From Mobula hypostoma (lineage: Eukaryota), in NCBI RefSeq assembly GCF_963921235.1, contig NC_086097.1:147934001-147998000 (forward strand): a stretch of DNA of 64,000 nt, given 5' to 3'. Numbering within the stretch: position 1 is the stretch's first letter; every line of letters begins with the position of its first letter. The position numbers and the translations under genes were made by a program. Shown piece after piece: positions 48,195-61,410 of the stretch. Under the pieces are notes generated by a model, which saw nothing but the letters and a program-made list of their open reading frames with translations, was not told the DNA's origin and did not search any database.

Positions 48195-49793
48195 CCATAT
48201 TGGACTGGTGCTGTCTTGGGTAAACTAATGGGACTGAAGGCTGATAAATCCCCAGGGCCTGATGGCCTGCATTCCAGGGTACTTAAGGAGGTGGCTCTAG
48301 AAATCGTGGACGCATTGGTAATCATTTTCCAATGTTCTATAGATTCAGGATCAGTTCCTGCGGATTGACGGGTAGCTAATGTTATCCCACTTTTTAAGAA
48401 AGGAGGGAGAGAGAAAACAGGCAATTATAGACCAGTTAGTCTGATATCAGTGGTGGGGAAGATGATGGAATCAATTATAAAAGATTAAATAGCGGCATAT
48501 TTGGATAGCAGTAGCAGGATCGGTCCGAGTCAGCATGGATCTACGAAGGGGAAATCATGCTGGAATTTTTTGAGGATGTAACTATGAAAATGGACATGGG
48601 AAAGCCAGTGGATGTAGTGTACCTGGACTTTCAGAAAGCCTTTGATAAGGTCCAACATAGGAGGTTAGTGGGCAAAATTAGAGCAAATGGTATTGGGGGT
48701 AGGGTACTGACATGGATAGGAAATTGGTTGGCAGACAGGAAACAAAGAGTAGGGATTAATGGGTCCTTTTCAGAATGGCAGGCATTGACTAGTGGGGTAC
48801 TGCAAGGCTCAGTGCTGGGACCACAGCTATTTACAATATACATTAATGATTTAGATGAAGGGATTAAAAGTAACATTAGCAAATTTGCTGATGACACAAA
48901 GCTGGGTGGCAGTGTGAAATGTGAGGAGGATGTTATGAGAATGCAGGATGACTTGGACAGGTTGGGTGAGTGGGCAGATGCAGTTTAATGTGGATAAATT
49001 GAGGTTATCCACTTTGGTGGCAAGAACAGGAAGGCAGATTACTATCTGAATGGTGTCAAGTTAGGAAAAGGGGAAGTACAATGAGATCTAGGTGTCCTCG
49101 TTCATCAGTCACTGAAAGTAAGCATGCAGGTACAGCAGGCAGTGAAGAAAGCTAATAGCATGTTGGCCTTCATAACAAGGAGAGTTGTGTATAGGAGCAG
49201 AGGTCCTTCTGTAGTTGTACAGGGCCCCGGTGAGCCCACACCTGGAGTATTGTGTGCAGTTTTGGTCTCCAAATTTGAGGAAGGATATTCTTGCTATTGT
49301 GGAAGTGCAGCATAGGTTCACGAGGTTAATTCCCAGGAAGGCGGGACTGTCATATGTTGAAAGATTGGAGCGACTGGGCTTGTATACATTGGAATTTAGA
49401 AGGATGAGAGGGGATCTGATTGAAACATATAAGGTTGTTAAGAGATTGGACACGCTAGAGGCAGGAAACATGTTCCGGATGTTGGGGGAGTCCAGAACCA
49501 GAGGCCACAGTTTAAGAAGAAGGGGTAGACCATTTAGAACGGAGTTTAGGAAAAACTTTTTCACACAGAGGGTTGTGGATCTGTGGAATGCTCTGCCTCA
49601 GAAGGCAGTGGAGACCAATTCTCTGGATTCTTTCAAGAAAGAATTAGATAGAGCTCTTAAAGATAGTGGAATCAAGGGATATGGGGAGAAGGCAGGAAAA
49701 GGGTACTGATTGTGGATGATCAGTCATGATCACAGTGAATGGCAGTGCTGGCTTGAAGGGCTGAATGGCCTACTCCTGCACCTATTGTCTATT
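48195..49793 (+). mobile_element. CR1 LINE, 5'-truncated, same subfamily as 22834-24263
   Basis: RT motifs LDFQKAFDKV and FADDTK. The 3' UTR and tail ctattgtctattg are nearly the same as in the 22834 copy. Confidence 0.92.
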
Positions 49794-50835
49794 GGCATCC
49801 CTGATAGTTTTACAGAGGTTATATCTTGATTTCATGTAAAGGTCATGATCACCTGATTTGAATGCTGCAGTCCTAGACTTCAGTAGGAACTGGATTATTC
49901 ATGTTTTCTGGTATGGGAATACCCAGATCATCCTCTTTAGTACACAGTCCTCAGCATATTTGCTGATGTACCATGGTTTGTGATGGATGGCATACTCATC
50001 TAGGCTGAGACCTTGAACATGGACCAGTTCAGTGCTAAATATAGCCTAGAGAGTTAAAGGTTATTTAAAGAGTCTAGAGGTTATCTTTAACTAGCCTTGT
50101 GTTATTCTAAATATGATGAGGGAAATCATTTGATACTTCTTTCTAACTATAATGTTTCTACATACATTGAATCAAAAAAAATGCAATGCCCACAGCAAAG
50201 CTGACTTTAAGCTGCCAAACTAGTGGAGCAGTGAACCAGAGAACAGCCACTTCCTCAAAATTTTCCAAGCTATCAACCTTGGCAGGTTAGATGCAGAAGG
50301 TTCTCAGTTTACTAACCAGTAACTTGGGACCAAATAATGAGCTATTATTACAGGGTATCTCCCTATTCATATTTGTTGAAGACCTTTGTGTAGTGTTTGG
50401 GTTACAAGATTATCTGACAGAGTATGGGCAATTGATCTGAAGATGTCATTGTGAATTTCATTGTGACAGTTAGGGAAATTAAGTAAATGTGGGTTTGAGA
50501 ATAAATAATCTAATTCCAATAAAAGGAGTCATGTATCTCCTGGATTATTTTAAAACCCATATGGTTTGTTAATATTCTTTAGAGTAGAAATCTGCCATCC
50601 CTAATTGGTCTGGTCTACACGTGACTCTGGACTCGTGGCTATCTCCTTATCATCTTCATGACTTGGGGAATTGAGGTGTTCAATAAATGATGGCTGTGTC
50701 AGCGGCATCAATGAAAAATGTTATGTATCAGGCAATCGTGTTTGGGTAAGACTGCAGCTGGTGAATGAGGCTTCATTACAATAAATAGTTAAGCAGGATT
50801 CCTCAAGCCTCTTAAAATATTGTTTAACTTTGTGT

Positions 50836-50932
50836 AACACACATCAAAGTTGCTGGTGAACGCAGCAGGCCAGGCAGCATCTATAGGAAGAGGTGCAGTC
50901 GACGTTTCAGGCCGAGACCCTTCGTCAGGACA
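50836..50932 (-). mobile_element. 97-bp solo Penelope-like pLTR
   Basis: Hammerhead-bearing repeat only. 12-bp TSD TTAACTTTGTGT (50824-35 / 50933-44). Confidence 0.82.
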
Positions 50933-51289
50933 TTAACTTTGTGTGCTTTTTTTCAATATATATGTTGTACAACTTAGCTTTTTCTTATGGAGGTCATCTT
51001 TATTTTGGATTGTAGCAAGAGTGCTTATCTGTATACTGCCCTTTGGCATGTAGATGAAATGGGTTTGTGTCGAAGTTGTTATGTAAATGCAGGTATTGTT
51101 GTGGTAAAACATAGGTTATATCATGGAGCCAAGAAGTGTAAACAGTACTTAAAGTAATTTCCTCAAATTTCTTGAGGGTGCAGTTTGAATTGGATTCATT
51201 GCATCAAGACCTTACTAACTCAGGCTTTGCACTTGTCTCATTGCAGTGGATTAATTAATTGTAGTAATGCCCAGGCTGGGCACCAAAAA

Positions 51290-52120
51290 GTGCGCGTGCG
51301 CCGGTCGTGCATGCAGCCTGGTACAGCCGTTCCAATCTATTCTTACTTTCTTCTTCTTACTTTTTAATTTACGTTATTTTTTGTATTTATTTTTCTCACG
51401 GTAACACGTCGAAGCTGCACCCTCTCTAACATGCTGGTAGAGAGAGTTTTATTTGGGTCTTTCTTAGCGCTGGAAATGGTTACATCCCGACATGCGGGAC
51501 AAAAGCAAGGTCACATTGTGTATTCCAGAAACCAGCTAATGCCGGCTGGTTTAGCGAGCAGAGCGGCGGACATCCCTGCTAAAATCCGGAGGAAAACACA
51601 CAGAGGATGCAGAGGGGGATCACAAAGTCGAGGAAAGAGGACCGGGTCGAGACAACAGAGACTTATGGAGAAGAGGAGTTTGGTGGGTATACCGTACCGA
51701 CTGACTGGAAGTGCACTGAGAGCAGTAAGCGTAAAGGAGTTGGGTGCTTACTGATCTGGTTAACAACGGATGGTGCAATCAGGGGCATATTACGATCGAG
51801 GAACGTGTTTGCAGACTGGATATTGAACTTTTTACTGTTGGATTTCGGCCACATTCCACCAAGATACAACACTTGGCGGCACGGGAGGTCGTTCCTGCCT
51901 GTGGCCATCGAACGTGCAGCTTCTCCTGTGGAGAGTCAGACACCCTGAGCCAATAGACTGGTCCTGGACTTATTTTCCATCCGGCATAGTTTGCATTTTG
52001 TTGTTTGATTGTTGGTGGTTTTTGTATTGCTATATTTACGCTCTGTTCTTGGTTGGTGCAGCTGTCATGAAACCAAATTTCCCTCGGGATTAGTAAAGTA
52101 TATCTATCTATCTGTCTATC
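51290..52120 (+). mobile_element. Internally deleted Rex1/Babar-like LINE (5' region joined to 3' tail)
   Basis: YSRNQL...RRKTHRGCRGG N-terminal motif and EN remnant, ending ccctcgggattagtaaagtata(tcta)n. Confidence 0.7.
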
Positions 52121-53589
52121 AGTTGCCTGGTCAGTGAGGGAAATCCTTAGTTTTGCATGGAAGCTGGCTGGTTTGATAGCTTGGAAAATTTTGAGGAAGT
52201 GGCTGTTCTCTGGTTCACTGCTCCACCAGTTTAGCAGCTTAAAGTCAGCTTTGCTGTGGGCATTGCATCGAGTATCCTGTCCCTGAACCACAGCCCTTAT
52301 CCCTCACCTTCATTCTGGGATGTCTCCAACACTCACTTCCGGATAGCTGCTGGAGGAACTTAACAGGTCAAGCTGCAGCTGTGGAGGGAAATGGCCAGTT
52401 AATGTTTTGGATTAAGACCCTTCATCTGGACCCTTCATGTTCCCTTTTGGCTCACCAGTGAACAAATCTCTCCAGCCTTTATAGACCATATGTATCACTG
52501 CCCAGTGTTTTGAAATCATTAGCATTCCACATTCAGATTCCTGAGATACTATTGCAGAGCACAGCATCACTACAAGAAACCAAGCCCATTAATGCCTGAG
52601 ATTATTAACCAGGTCACTCAGCTGCTTGCTGATGTCTAAGAACCTTAGCAATTTTTCACCTTGTGCACAACCATGTGTGCCCTCCTCTTTGACAGTGTTA
52701 TTCTTTGACTTAGTGGATCAGTATGCTAGAGGGAGGAGGTGCTTTGTGTGCTATGTTAGATTGCACACAACCTCGTGTACAACGAGAAAGAGTACAGGGC
52801 TAGCAAGCATCAGGAGTACTGATTCAATTTGAATTATTTTCTTTATTCATATTTTAAATAAAGGAACAGCAATTATAGTATGGAGCTAAACAATAGCAAA
52901 GAGTTTGATTATTCATAAAGAGCCCAAGGACTTTTTTTTTCCTACAGTTAAGGCTCAAGTCTTGTAGCCATGTTGTAGCGTGAGCAGTTTATTTAGTAGT
53001 TTACAAAAAGCAAGAACCAAGTGCAAATTATTACCAGAGAAAAATCCTTCCCCATTGTTTCTATATTAAAAAATGAGTAACTCAGCAATTTACTGTGTTA
53101 ATTTTCCAATTCTATTCAACTGGAGAAACTGCTGAATTAGCACAGCTGATATTGGCCTGTTTGTTTCACATACAGACATTTCTAGGTTGACACACCTAGT
53201 CCCATATCCTTCCATTTAACTCTACCACAGAGTTTATTTTTAATTATTCCATTTCATAGAAGAGCATGTCAATGCTCCAATTCACCATTTTTTTCGTTCT
53301 CTATTTTATTGACAATTCCTTTGTTCTAAGCGCGAAGTTCCCACTGTTCATGCATAGTATTCTGAATTAGAATTTCAGGGCAATAGGGACATTGGTTCAT
53401 CTCCGAATCAAAGTATTATTGGGAAAGTAATTTGTCTTAATGTTTGCACTTGCAATCTGGTGACTTGGGATGATTGGAGTAAGAAGCATAGCTCGAATAT
53501 AAGGAGAATACTGTGGTAGGAAGCATGCTTGTAGTGCAGTATGTGGCACATAATGATTTAAGCATAATGACTATCACTCCCACTAGGTC

Positions 53590-55505
53590 AGGACAAACTT
53601 TTTGTCACACAGGGGCCAGCCTGTGGTTGGTTGTCAAGTGTGTTTGATATCTGGAACTCTGTGTCAGAGGAGGTGATAGAGTCAGATACAATTACTATAT
53701 TTAAGGGCCAATTAGAGAGACACTTAAATAGGCAAGGCATAGAATTATATGGACCTGATGCAATGAAGTAACATTAGTGTATATGGGCAAATAGGTCAAA
53801 TATAATGCGGGGGAGGGTGGAAATCAAGGGAAGTAGGCCTGTCCTTTCAAGTCTGCTCTGCCATTTAATAAGATCATGGCTGTTTTGGCAGTGGACTCAG
53901 TTCCACCTACCTGCCTTTTCCCTATAACCCTCAATTCTCCAACTGTGCAAAAATCTATCTAACTGTGTCATAAGTATATTTAACAAGGTATCGTTTATTG
54001 CTTCCCTAGGTCCACTAACACTGTACTGTCTGGGAAAGGTAATTCCTGCTTATCCCAATTCTAAATCTATTCCCCCAAATCTTGGGGTTATGTTCCCTAG
54101 TTCTAGTGCCATCAACCAATGGAAATAACTTTGCTGCCTCTATCTTATTCCTCTGTTTCATAATTTTATATCTATAAGATCCCCTCTCATTCTTCTGAAT
54201 TTCAGTGAGTATAGTCTCAGGTTTCTATCTCTCCATGTGGACTAGCCCCCATCATCCTGCCTTTAAAATATTACTTCTTTGGGATGTATCTATCCTGCAG
54301 TTTCCAAATTTCTTCCAGAATCTCCAGCCTTTGCTGTTTTGCCATCATCCCTACTAATGTCCCCTTCCAATCAACTTTGGATGGTTCCTGTCTTTTGCTT
54401 CTAGTTCCCTTTACTCCACCGTAATGCTGATACATCTGACTTGGCTGATGCTTCTTCCTTTCAAATTGTAGGGTCACTGACTCTAAAGGGTTCCTTTACC
54501 TTTAGTCCCCTAACTAAATCTGGTTTGCTACACAACACCGAATCAAGAATAGCCTTTTTCCCCTAGTGGGCTCAACCACAAAGTGCTTTGCAAACTCATC
54601 TTATAGGTATTCTACAAGTTTTCTCTTGGGATCCTGCACCAACCTGATTTTTCTAATCTTCTTACGTATTGAAAACCACATTGCTATCATAACATTGCCC
54701 TTTTAACATGCATTTTTTTATCTCCTATTGTAATTTGTAGCCCACATCCTGGCTACTATTAAAAGCCCGTATATAATTCCCATCAAGGTCTTTTTACCCT
54801 TGCATTTTCTTACCTCTACCCACAAGGACATCTTCCAATCCTAAGTCACCTTTTCCAAAGGATTTGATTGCATTTTTTTTTTACCAACAGAGCCACCCCA
54901 CCCCCTTTGTCTACCTGCCTGTCCTTTCAATATAAGTGTATCCTTGGATGTTAAGTTACCAACTTTGATCTTCTTTTAACCACGACTTAGTGATGTCCAC
55001 AATATCATACCTACCTATCTCTAGCTGTGTTACAAGATCATCTACCTTATTCCATACACTGCTTGCATTCAAAGATAACAAACACTTTCAGTTCTGTATT
55101 GGTCACCCATTTCAATTTTGTCCCGGTGTTACACTGTAACTCATCCCACTGACAGCAATTTTTCTCAGTCATCTGCCTGTACTGCCTGACAGTCTCACTC
55201 AACACTGCATCTAGTTGTATACCAACTGCCCCATCTTCTGCCCTATGACTCTGGTTCCCCTGCCCCTACCAATTTAGTTCAAACCCTCCCCAACAGCTCC
55301 AACAAACCTTCCTGCAAGGATATTGGTCCCCTTTGGGTTCAGGTATAACCTTTCCCATTTGTACAGTTCATACCTTCCCCAGAAACGATTCCAATGATAC
55401 AGAACTCCGAAGCCCTGCCCATTGCACCAATTTCTCAGCTACGCATTCATCTACCAAATCATCCTATCCCTACCCTCACTGGCGTATAGCATAGGCAGCA
55501 ATCTC
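53590..55505. mobile_element. Cluster of CR1 fragments (short + strand 3' end, then minus-strand 3' and 5'/EN segments)
   Basis: Sequence similarity by eye to the CR1 copies elsewhere in the window. Confidence 0.65.
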
Positions 55506-55689
55506 TGATCTAAGATATCAGCACATTCAGACACAGTGAACACTTTGTCTCCAGGTGTAATAGTTCATCCATGTCCTGTACACCTTTGTTATGATTGGAA
55601 AATGCTGCTGACTATCAAATATACTGTGCACAGCAATTCCACCATGCTAGTGAACTGTTAGACTGCAGAGGCGCTCTGTAGCTTGGGCT

Positions 55690-58030
55690 TATTGTGTAGG
55701 CCATTGCATGCTTCAGACCTCAGTGAGCGACACAGTAGGAGGAGATGCACAAGGAAACAAAAAAGGGGAAAACACGCTGAAATCCGGGAACAACTTAGGT
55801 CGAAGCCCTTCAGGCTGGCTTTCCCCTCGTTACTAATGGTATTCTTTTGCTCACTTGTATAGTGTATTGAGGATGTTACCATTAATGCCCTGAGGCCTGC
55901 CTTCCTTCATTATTGCCAGTGACTTCACAAGGCCATCTTCAAGAGTGTATTACCAAAATTCTACCAGCATGTCTTCTGTCCCATCAAGGGACCAAAGACC
56001 CTTAACCATTGCTGGACAACCATCAAAAACGTCTACTGAGCCACCCCCCTGTCCCCACATTGGTAAATCAGACCACCAGGCTGTGCTCCAACTCCCCACA
56101 TACAAACAGAAGCTAAATTAAGAGGATCCAATACAATGCTGGTCTGAAGAATTAAATGAACTGCTACATGACTGCTTTGATTTGATAGATGGGTCTATGT
56201 TCAAAAACTCAGCATTCAGCCCAGATGAATATGTCACCATCATGAACTTTATCAGCAACTGTGTACAGAGAGGGCAATATGTGTGTTACCAAACCTGAAA
56301 CCATAGATGAACAAGGAGATCCACTCCATACTGAAGTCTCAGACTGCAGTGTTCAAATTAGATGACCCTCACTTTTACAAAAAAAAATCAAGATGTGATC
56401 TTAGGAAAGCTATCAAGAAACTTGGGAGATAATACCTGCCCAAAACCAAGTCCCAGAATAGCTGTCAATTGTGGCAGGATTTACAATTATAATAATCTCC
56501 AAAATGAGTTTGGGCAGCATCATCAACAACAGAATATCCCTTCCCAATGAGCTTAATGCTTTCTAGGCACATGCTGAACAGAAGAGAATTAGAATATCAT
56601 AAGCCACCCTGATAGCCTCCAGTGCTTCTGAACTCACAGTCACTATTGTGGACTTAAGTTCAGTCCTCTGAAAAGTGATCCTGCAAAAAGTATGTGGTCC
56701 AGGTGGTGTCCCTGGTCGTGTCCTTAATCCTGTGTAGATATTTTTAACCTTTGCCTGTGTTAATCTGCAGTTCCCACCTCCTTTAAGAAACCCACTGTTA
56801 TCACAGTCCCCAAGTAAAACAAGGTAAGTTAATGTGCTTTGTTGACAACTGCCTAGTGGCTCTGACACCGGCAACATGATGTGCTTCAAGAGGCTATTCA
56901 TGACATGCAATAACTCCAGCCTCCCAGATAACCTTGACCCACTGCAATTTGCCTACCACTGAAACACATTAGCAGCAGACACCATTTCCCTGGTTTTAAA
57001 CTTATTTTGGGAATATCTGAATAATAAAGACACCTACATCAGACTATTGTTTATTGACTGCAGCTCCACCATCAATGCTATAACTCTAATCTGCTAAATC
57101 TGGGATGCAGGACATTGCTTTGCAGCTGGATCCTTGGCTTCCTGACGAACGGACCACAATCAACAAGGATAGGCAGCAACACTTCCACCACAATTATTCT
57201 CAACATTTGTCTCCAGCAAAGCTGGGACCTCCATCCTCTTCTCTATACACCCACGACCATAGGGCCAGATTCTGCTCAAATTCTATCTGCAGTTTTATGG
57301 ATTATACCATCATATCTCATATAGGAAAGAGAAAAAGAGCCTAATGACATGACATCATAACAACCTTTCCCTTAATGTCAGCAAAATAAAAGCACTGATC
57401 CATTGACATCAGGAAGGTGGCAGTGTTGAGATCGAGAGGGTTGAGAGTTTTGAATTCTTAGGCGTGAACATCACCAATAGCTCCAACCACATGGACATCA
57501 CAGCCAAGAATATTCACAAACAGCTCTCCTCCTTCAGAGACTAAACAAATTTGGCATGTCCCCTTTCCCCCTTGCCAATTTCTAATGAAGCACCATAGAA
57601 GGCCTCTGATTCGATACATTATGGTATGGTAATGGCAACTGCTCTGTCCATGACTTCAGACAAATTTCAGAGTTGCGGACACAGCTCAACACATTACATA
57701 AACCAGTCTGTTCTCCTATCTACACTTTTCGTTGCCTCAGTAATGTAGCCAGCATAATTCAAGACCGCCCCCCCCCCCATCATGCAGAAGTTAGAAAAGC
57801 CTGAAAGCACGAACCACTAGGCTCAAGGACAGCTTCTGTCCTGCTGTTATAAGACTATTGAATGGTTATGTAGGATAATAAGGTGGACTCTGGACCTCAC
57901 AGTCTATCTCATTTATTGTCTACGTGCACTACACTTTCTCTGTAACAAACACTTTTCCACACTTGCAATGAATTAGTCTGTAAACAAGCTTTTCACTGTC
58001 CCTCTGTACCTGTGACCATAATGAATCAAA
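55690..58030 (+). mobile_element. Old Rex1/Babar-like LINE, decayed
   Basis: GKSDH endonuclease motif, LDPLQFAY RT motif, WILGFLT..PQS.RIG. Confidence 0.7.
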
Positions 58031-59334
58031 TTATCAACTGTTTCTCCCTTTTTTTTTAACAGGCTGGCCATTCCCCACCATATTATTACCTCCCAGCCTA
58101 CTAATCTCTTTTTTTCCCTTCTTAGGAATTCCTATTCTTCCTGATCCATACATCGATTACATTTACCAGCCTCCCTCCCTCCCCCCGCAACCCCGTAGCT
58201 TACTCAGAGTAATAGAGAAAATCTCATTGTCAGAAAAGATGTACCCTGTCCCTATATCATCAGTGCTCAAAAATCAGCTGCTTATAGCTGATGAATTCAG
58301 GATATATACTACAGATGGATAAGCTGGTTTGTAGTTCAGTGAAAGTAAGGATAGAAACCATTGAACACCATTATGTATTTTTTTCTCTCCTGCTTATGGA
58401 GAATCAGCACTTTCCCTTGTAATAGAGCTTGAAAATTCTGTTGTGTGCAGTTTAGGATCTCTTGTTATGTTAAGCTTCATTAGCCTCTATGTTTGATTTT
58501 CTTGTATAAGTGCTTTATAATGGCGAGAAAAGGCTTCAGAACCTTTTATTAATGGAAGCAGTGTCGTCACATTTGATGTCTCATTGCAACAGGGTATAAC
58601 ACAAGCTAATTGAAATAACAGTCCAAGTTTTTCTTGTTTACAGCTTCATTTTAAGAAATGTGTGCATGCTCAAACTGTTAAATTATCTGTAAAAATAAAC
58701 TGATGTTAGAATTTTTCTTCTTTGTTTAGGCAGCACAGCCAAAAAATTTTGATTATATAAAGATTAGAGCTGGACACTAATCTTTTTTGCATCCATGGGT
58801 CATTTACTTGCACCCTGAAGCCCTCTATACAATTAAAGTTGGGAAAACTCACCAACACTTCTTGGCTTAAGCACTCATTTTGTCTAATTAATTTCATATA
58901 AGAATACTTCAAACAGTTAAACAAATTAGGTTTTTTTTCTCCAAATGAGGTTTTTTCTTAAATCACCAGCCCCATTCATTTTAAGCAGATAATCTTAGTC
59001 AAGTAAGAAATATAGACTCAAATCAAAACTTTTTTAACAAATATTGTTTTTTAGGCTGACTGACTGTAGGCTATAGCCTTGACACTATAAGACAGGCAAT
59101 GACCTAACCTGACCCAATCTGTAACAAAAGATTTGAAGTAATTAGCTGGAAATCTTCTATAGTTAAATAATTCTGGGAAATTTTTAGCTCCATGAACATC
59201 CACTCTACTGGCCAAAGATTGCTGTTTTTCTGCAGGTTGATTTTCAATGTTCATGGACAGGTAGAGAAGATTTCCAAAACTTCAGCAGTAACTCGTTACA
59301 GGAATGGACTCTTTCCTTAAATAATGAAATACAT

Positions 59335-60110
59335 AATGTGAAAATAGGCCCTTTGGTTCAACCTATCCATGGTGACCAAGTTGCCTCCCTGTGCAGGTCC
59401 CATTTGCCAGCATTGGGCCCATATCCCTTAAACCCTTCATATTTATGTACCTGTCTAAGTACCTTTTAAACATTGTATTTGTACCCTCCTCTACCACTTG
59501 CTCTGCCACCATCTTCTGTGTGGAAAAAGTTGCCCCTCACATCTCCCATAACGTTTTAACTTAAATTCAAAGTTTAATTCTTAACTTAAATCTATACTGT
59601 CTAGTTTGTTTCCCATACCCTGGGAAAAAGACTGTGAGCATGCACACTTTCAATGCCCCTCATTATATACCTCTATAAGGTCCCACTCAGCCTCCTGTGC
59701 TCCAGTATGCCTGTTCTCGCATAATAACTCAAAGCCAAGTAACAGCCTTGTAAATCTTTTCTGCACCTTTTCCAGCTTAATGATATCCTTCCTATAGTTG
59801 GGTGCCAGAACTGCACACAGTACTTATTCCCAAATGTGGTCTCAGTAATGTCTTATGCAGTTACAATACAATGTCCCAACTCTTGAACATATTGCCCTGA
59901 CTGATGAAAGCAAGTGTGCCAAATTCCTTCCTCACCATCTTGTCATATCTGTTGCCATTTTTAAAGAACGATATAGTTGTATATCCCTCTGTGTTTCTGC
60001 TGTACAGCACTCTGCAGAGCCCTGCCACTTACTATGTAAAAGCTGCCCTGGTCTAACTAATCAATGGAACACTTCACACTTATCTGAGTTAAATTCCATC
60101 TGTTCAGATC
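59335..60110 (-). mobile_element. CR1 3' fragment
   Basis: Reverse complement of CR1 3' ORF2/UTR (cagaactgcacacagtact; ggccctttgg). Confidence 0.72.
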
Positions 60111-60324
60111 CTTTTGATTCGCCACCTTTGTTCTCTTCTTATGTCTTCTCGCAGTTCTTCCTTTTCACATAGTTCATATTAACTCCCACCTAGCCAGGAG
60201 GCTTGATTTTCCAAAGATATCAGGAATTCAGATTGAAAGCTCAGCATATCAAATTGTTAAGTTAAATACCTATTCATTTGTATAATAATACTGGAATTTT
60301 AAGAGAATGACCCAGCATATTAGT

Positions 60325-60830
60325 GCAATTACGAAGAAAGCACTTTCTTAAAAAAGAGAGTTTGTGAAGATTTGGCATGACATCAAGAAAATTGTCAAAC
60401 TTGTATGGATGTGAAATGGAGAGTATATTAACCCGCTGCATCAAAGCTAGTGCGGAAACACCAATCCCCTTGAAATGAAAATCCTACAAAAAGTATTAGA
60501 TTCTGCCCAGTCCATCATAGGTAAAGCCCTCCCCACCATTGAGAACTTCTACACAAAGTGTTGATGGAGGAAAGCAGCATCTATCTTCAGGAACGTCCAC
60601 TGCCCAGGTCATGCTGTCTTCTCGCTGCTGCGATCAGGAAGAAGGTGCAGGTGCCTCAGGACTCATACCACCAAGTACAGGAACAGTTATTAACCCTCAA
60701 CCATCAGGCTCTTGAACCAAAGTGGATAACTTCACTCAACTTCACTTGCCTCATCATTGAAATGTTCCCACAACATTTGGACTTACTTACAAGGATTCTT
60801 CATCTCATGTTCTCAATGTTTATTTATTAT
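60325..60830 (+). mobile_element. Rex1/Babar-like 3' fragment
   Basis: Degenerate match to the 3' ORF of this family (tttggcatg..gagagtat..ccatcaggctcttgaacc). Confidence 0.6.
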
Positions 60831-60849
60831 TATCATTTCTTTCTTTTTA

Positions 60850-61410
60850 TATTCCTTCTGCCACTTCTTTGCTCATTCTCACAATTTGCCAAAGTCCTCC
60901 TGCAGACACCTTGCTTCCTCAACAAGACCTGCCCTGCCACCTATTTTCGTATCATCCACAAACTTGTCCACAAAGCCATCAATTCCGTCCTTCGAATCAT
61001 TGACATATAACGTGAAAAGAAGTGCTCCCAACACTGTCCCCTGCGGAACACCACTAGTCAGCAGCAGCCAGCCATAATGGCCTTTTTATTGCCACTTTGC
61101 ATCCTGCCAGACAGCCGATCTTCTATCTATATTAGTATCTTTCCTGTAATACCATGGGCTCTTGTTAGGCAGCCTCATCTGTGGCACCTTGTAAAATGCC
61201 TTCTGAAAAGCCAAATAAACAACATCCACTGATACTCTTTTGTTTATCTTGCCTGTTTTTACTCAAGGAGTTCTAGCACCAACCTGATTTTCCCAATCTG
61301 CCTGAATATTGAAATCCCTCATGGCTGTCACAACATTACCCTTTTTATGTGCCTTTTCTTTTTCCCATTGTAATTTGTATTCCCCATCCTGACTACTATT
61401 AGGAGGCCTG
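60850..61410 (-). mobile_element. CR1 RT fragment
   Basis: Reverse complement of the GVPQG.VLG and KF.DDTK coding region. Confidence 0.7.
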
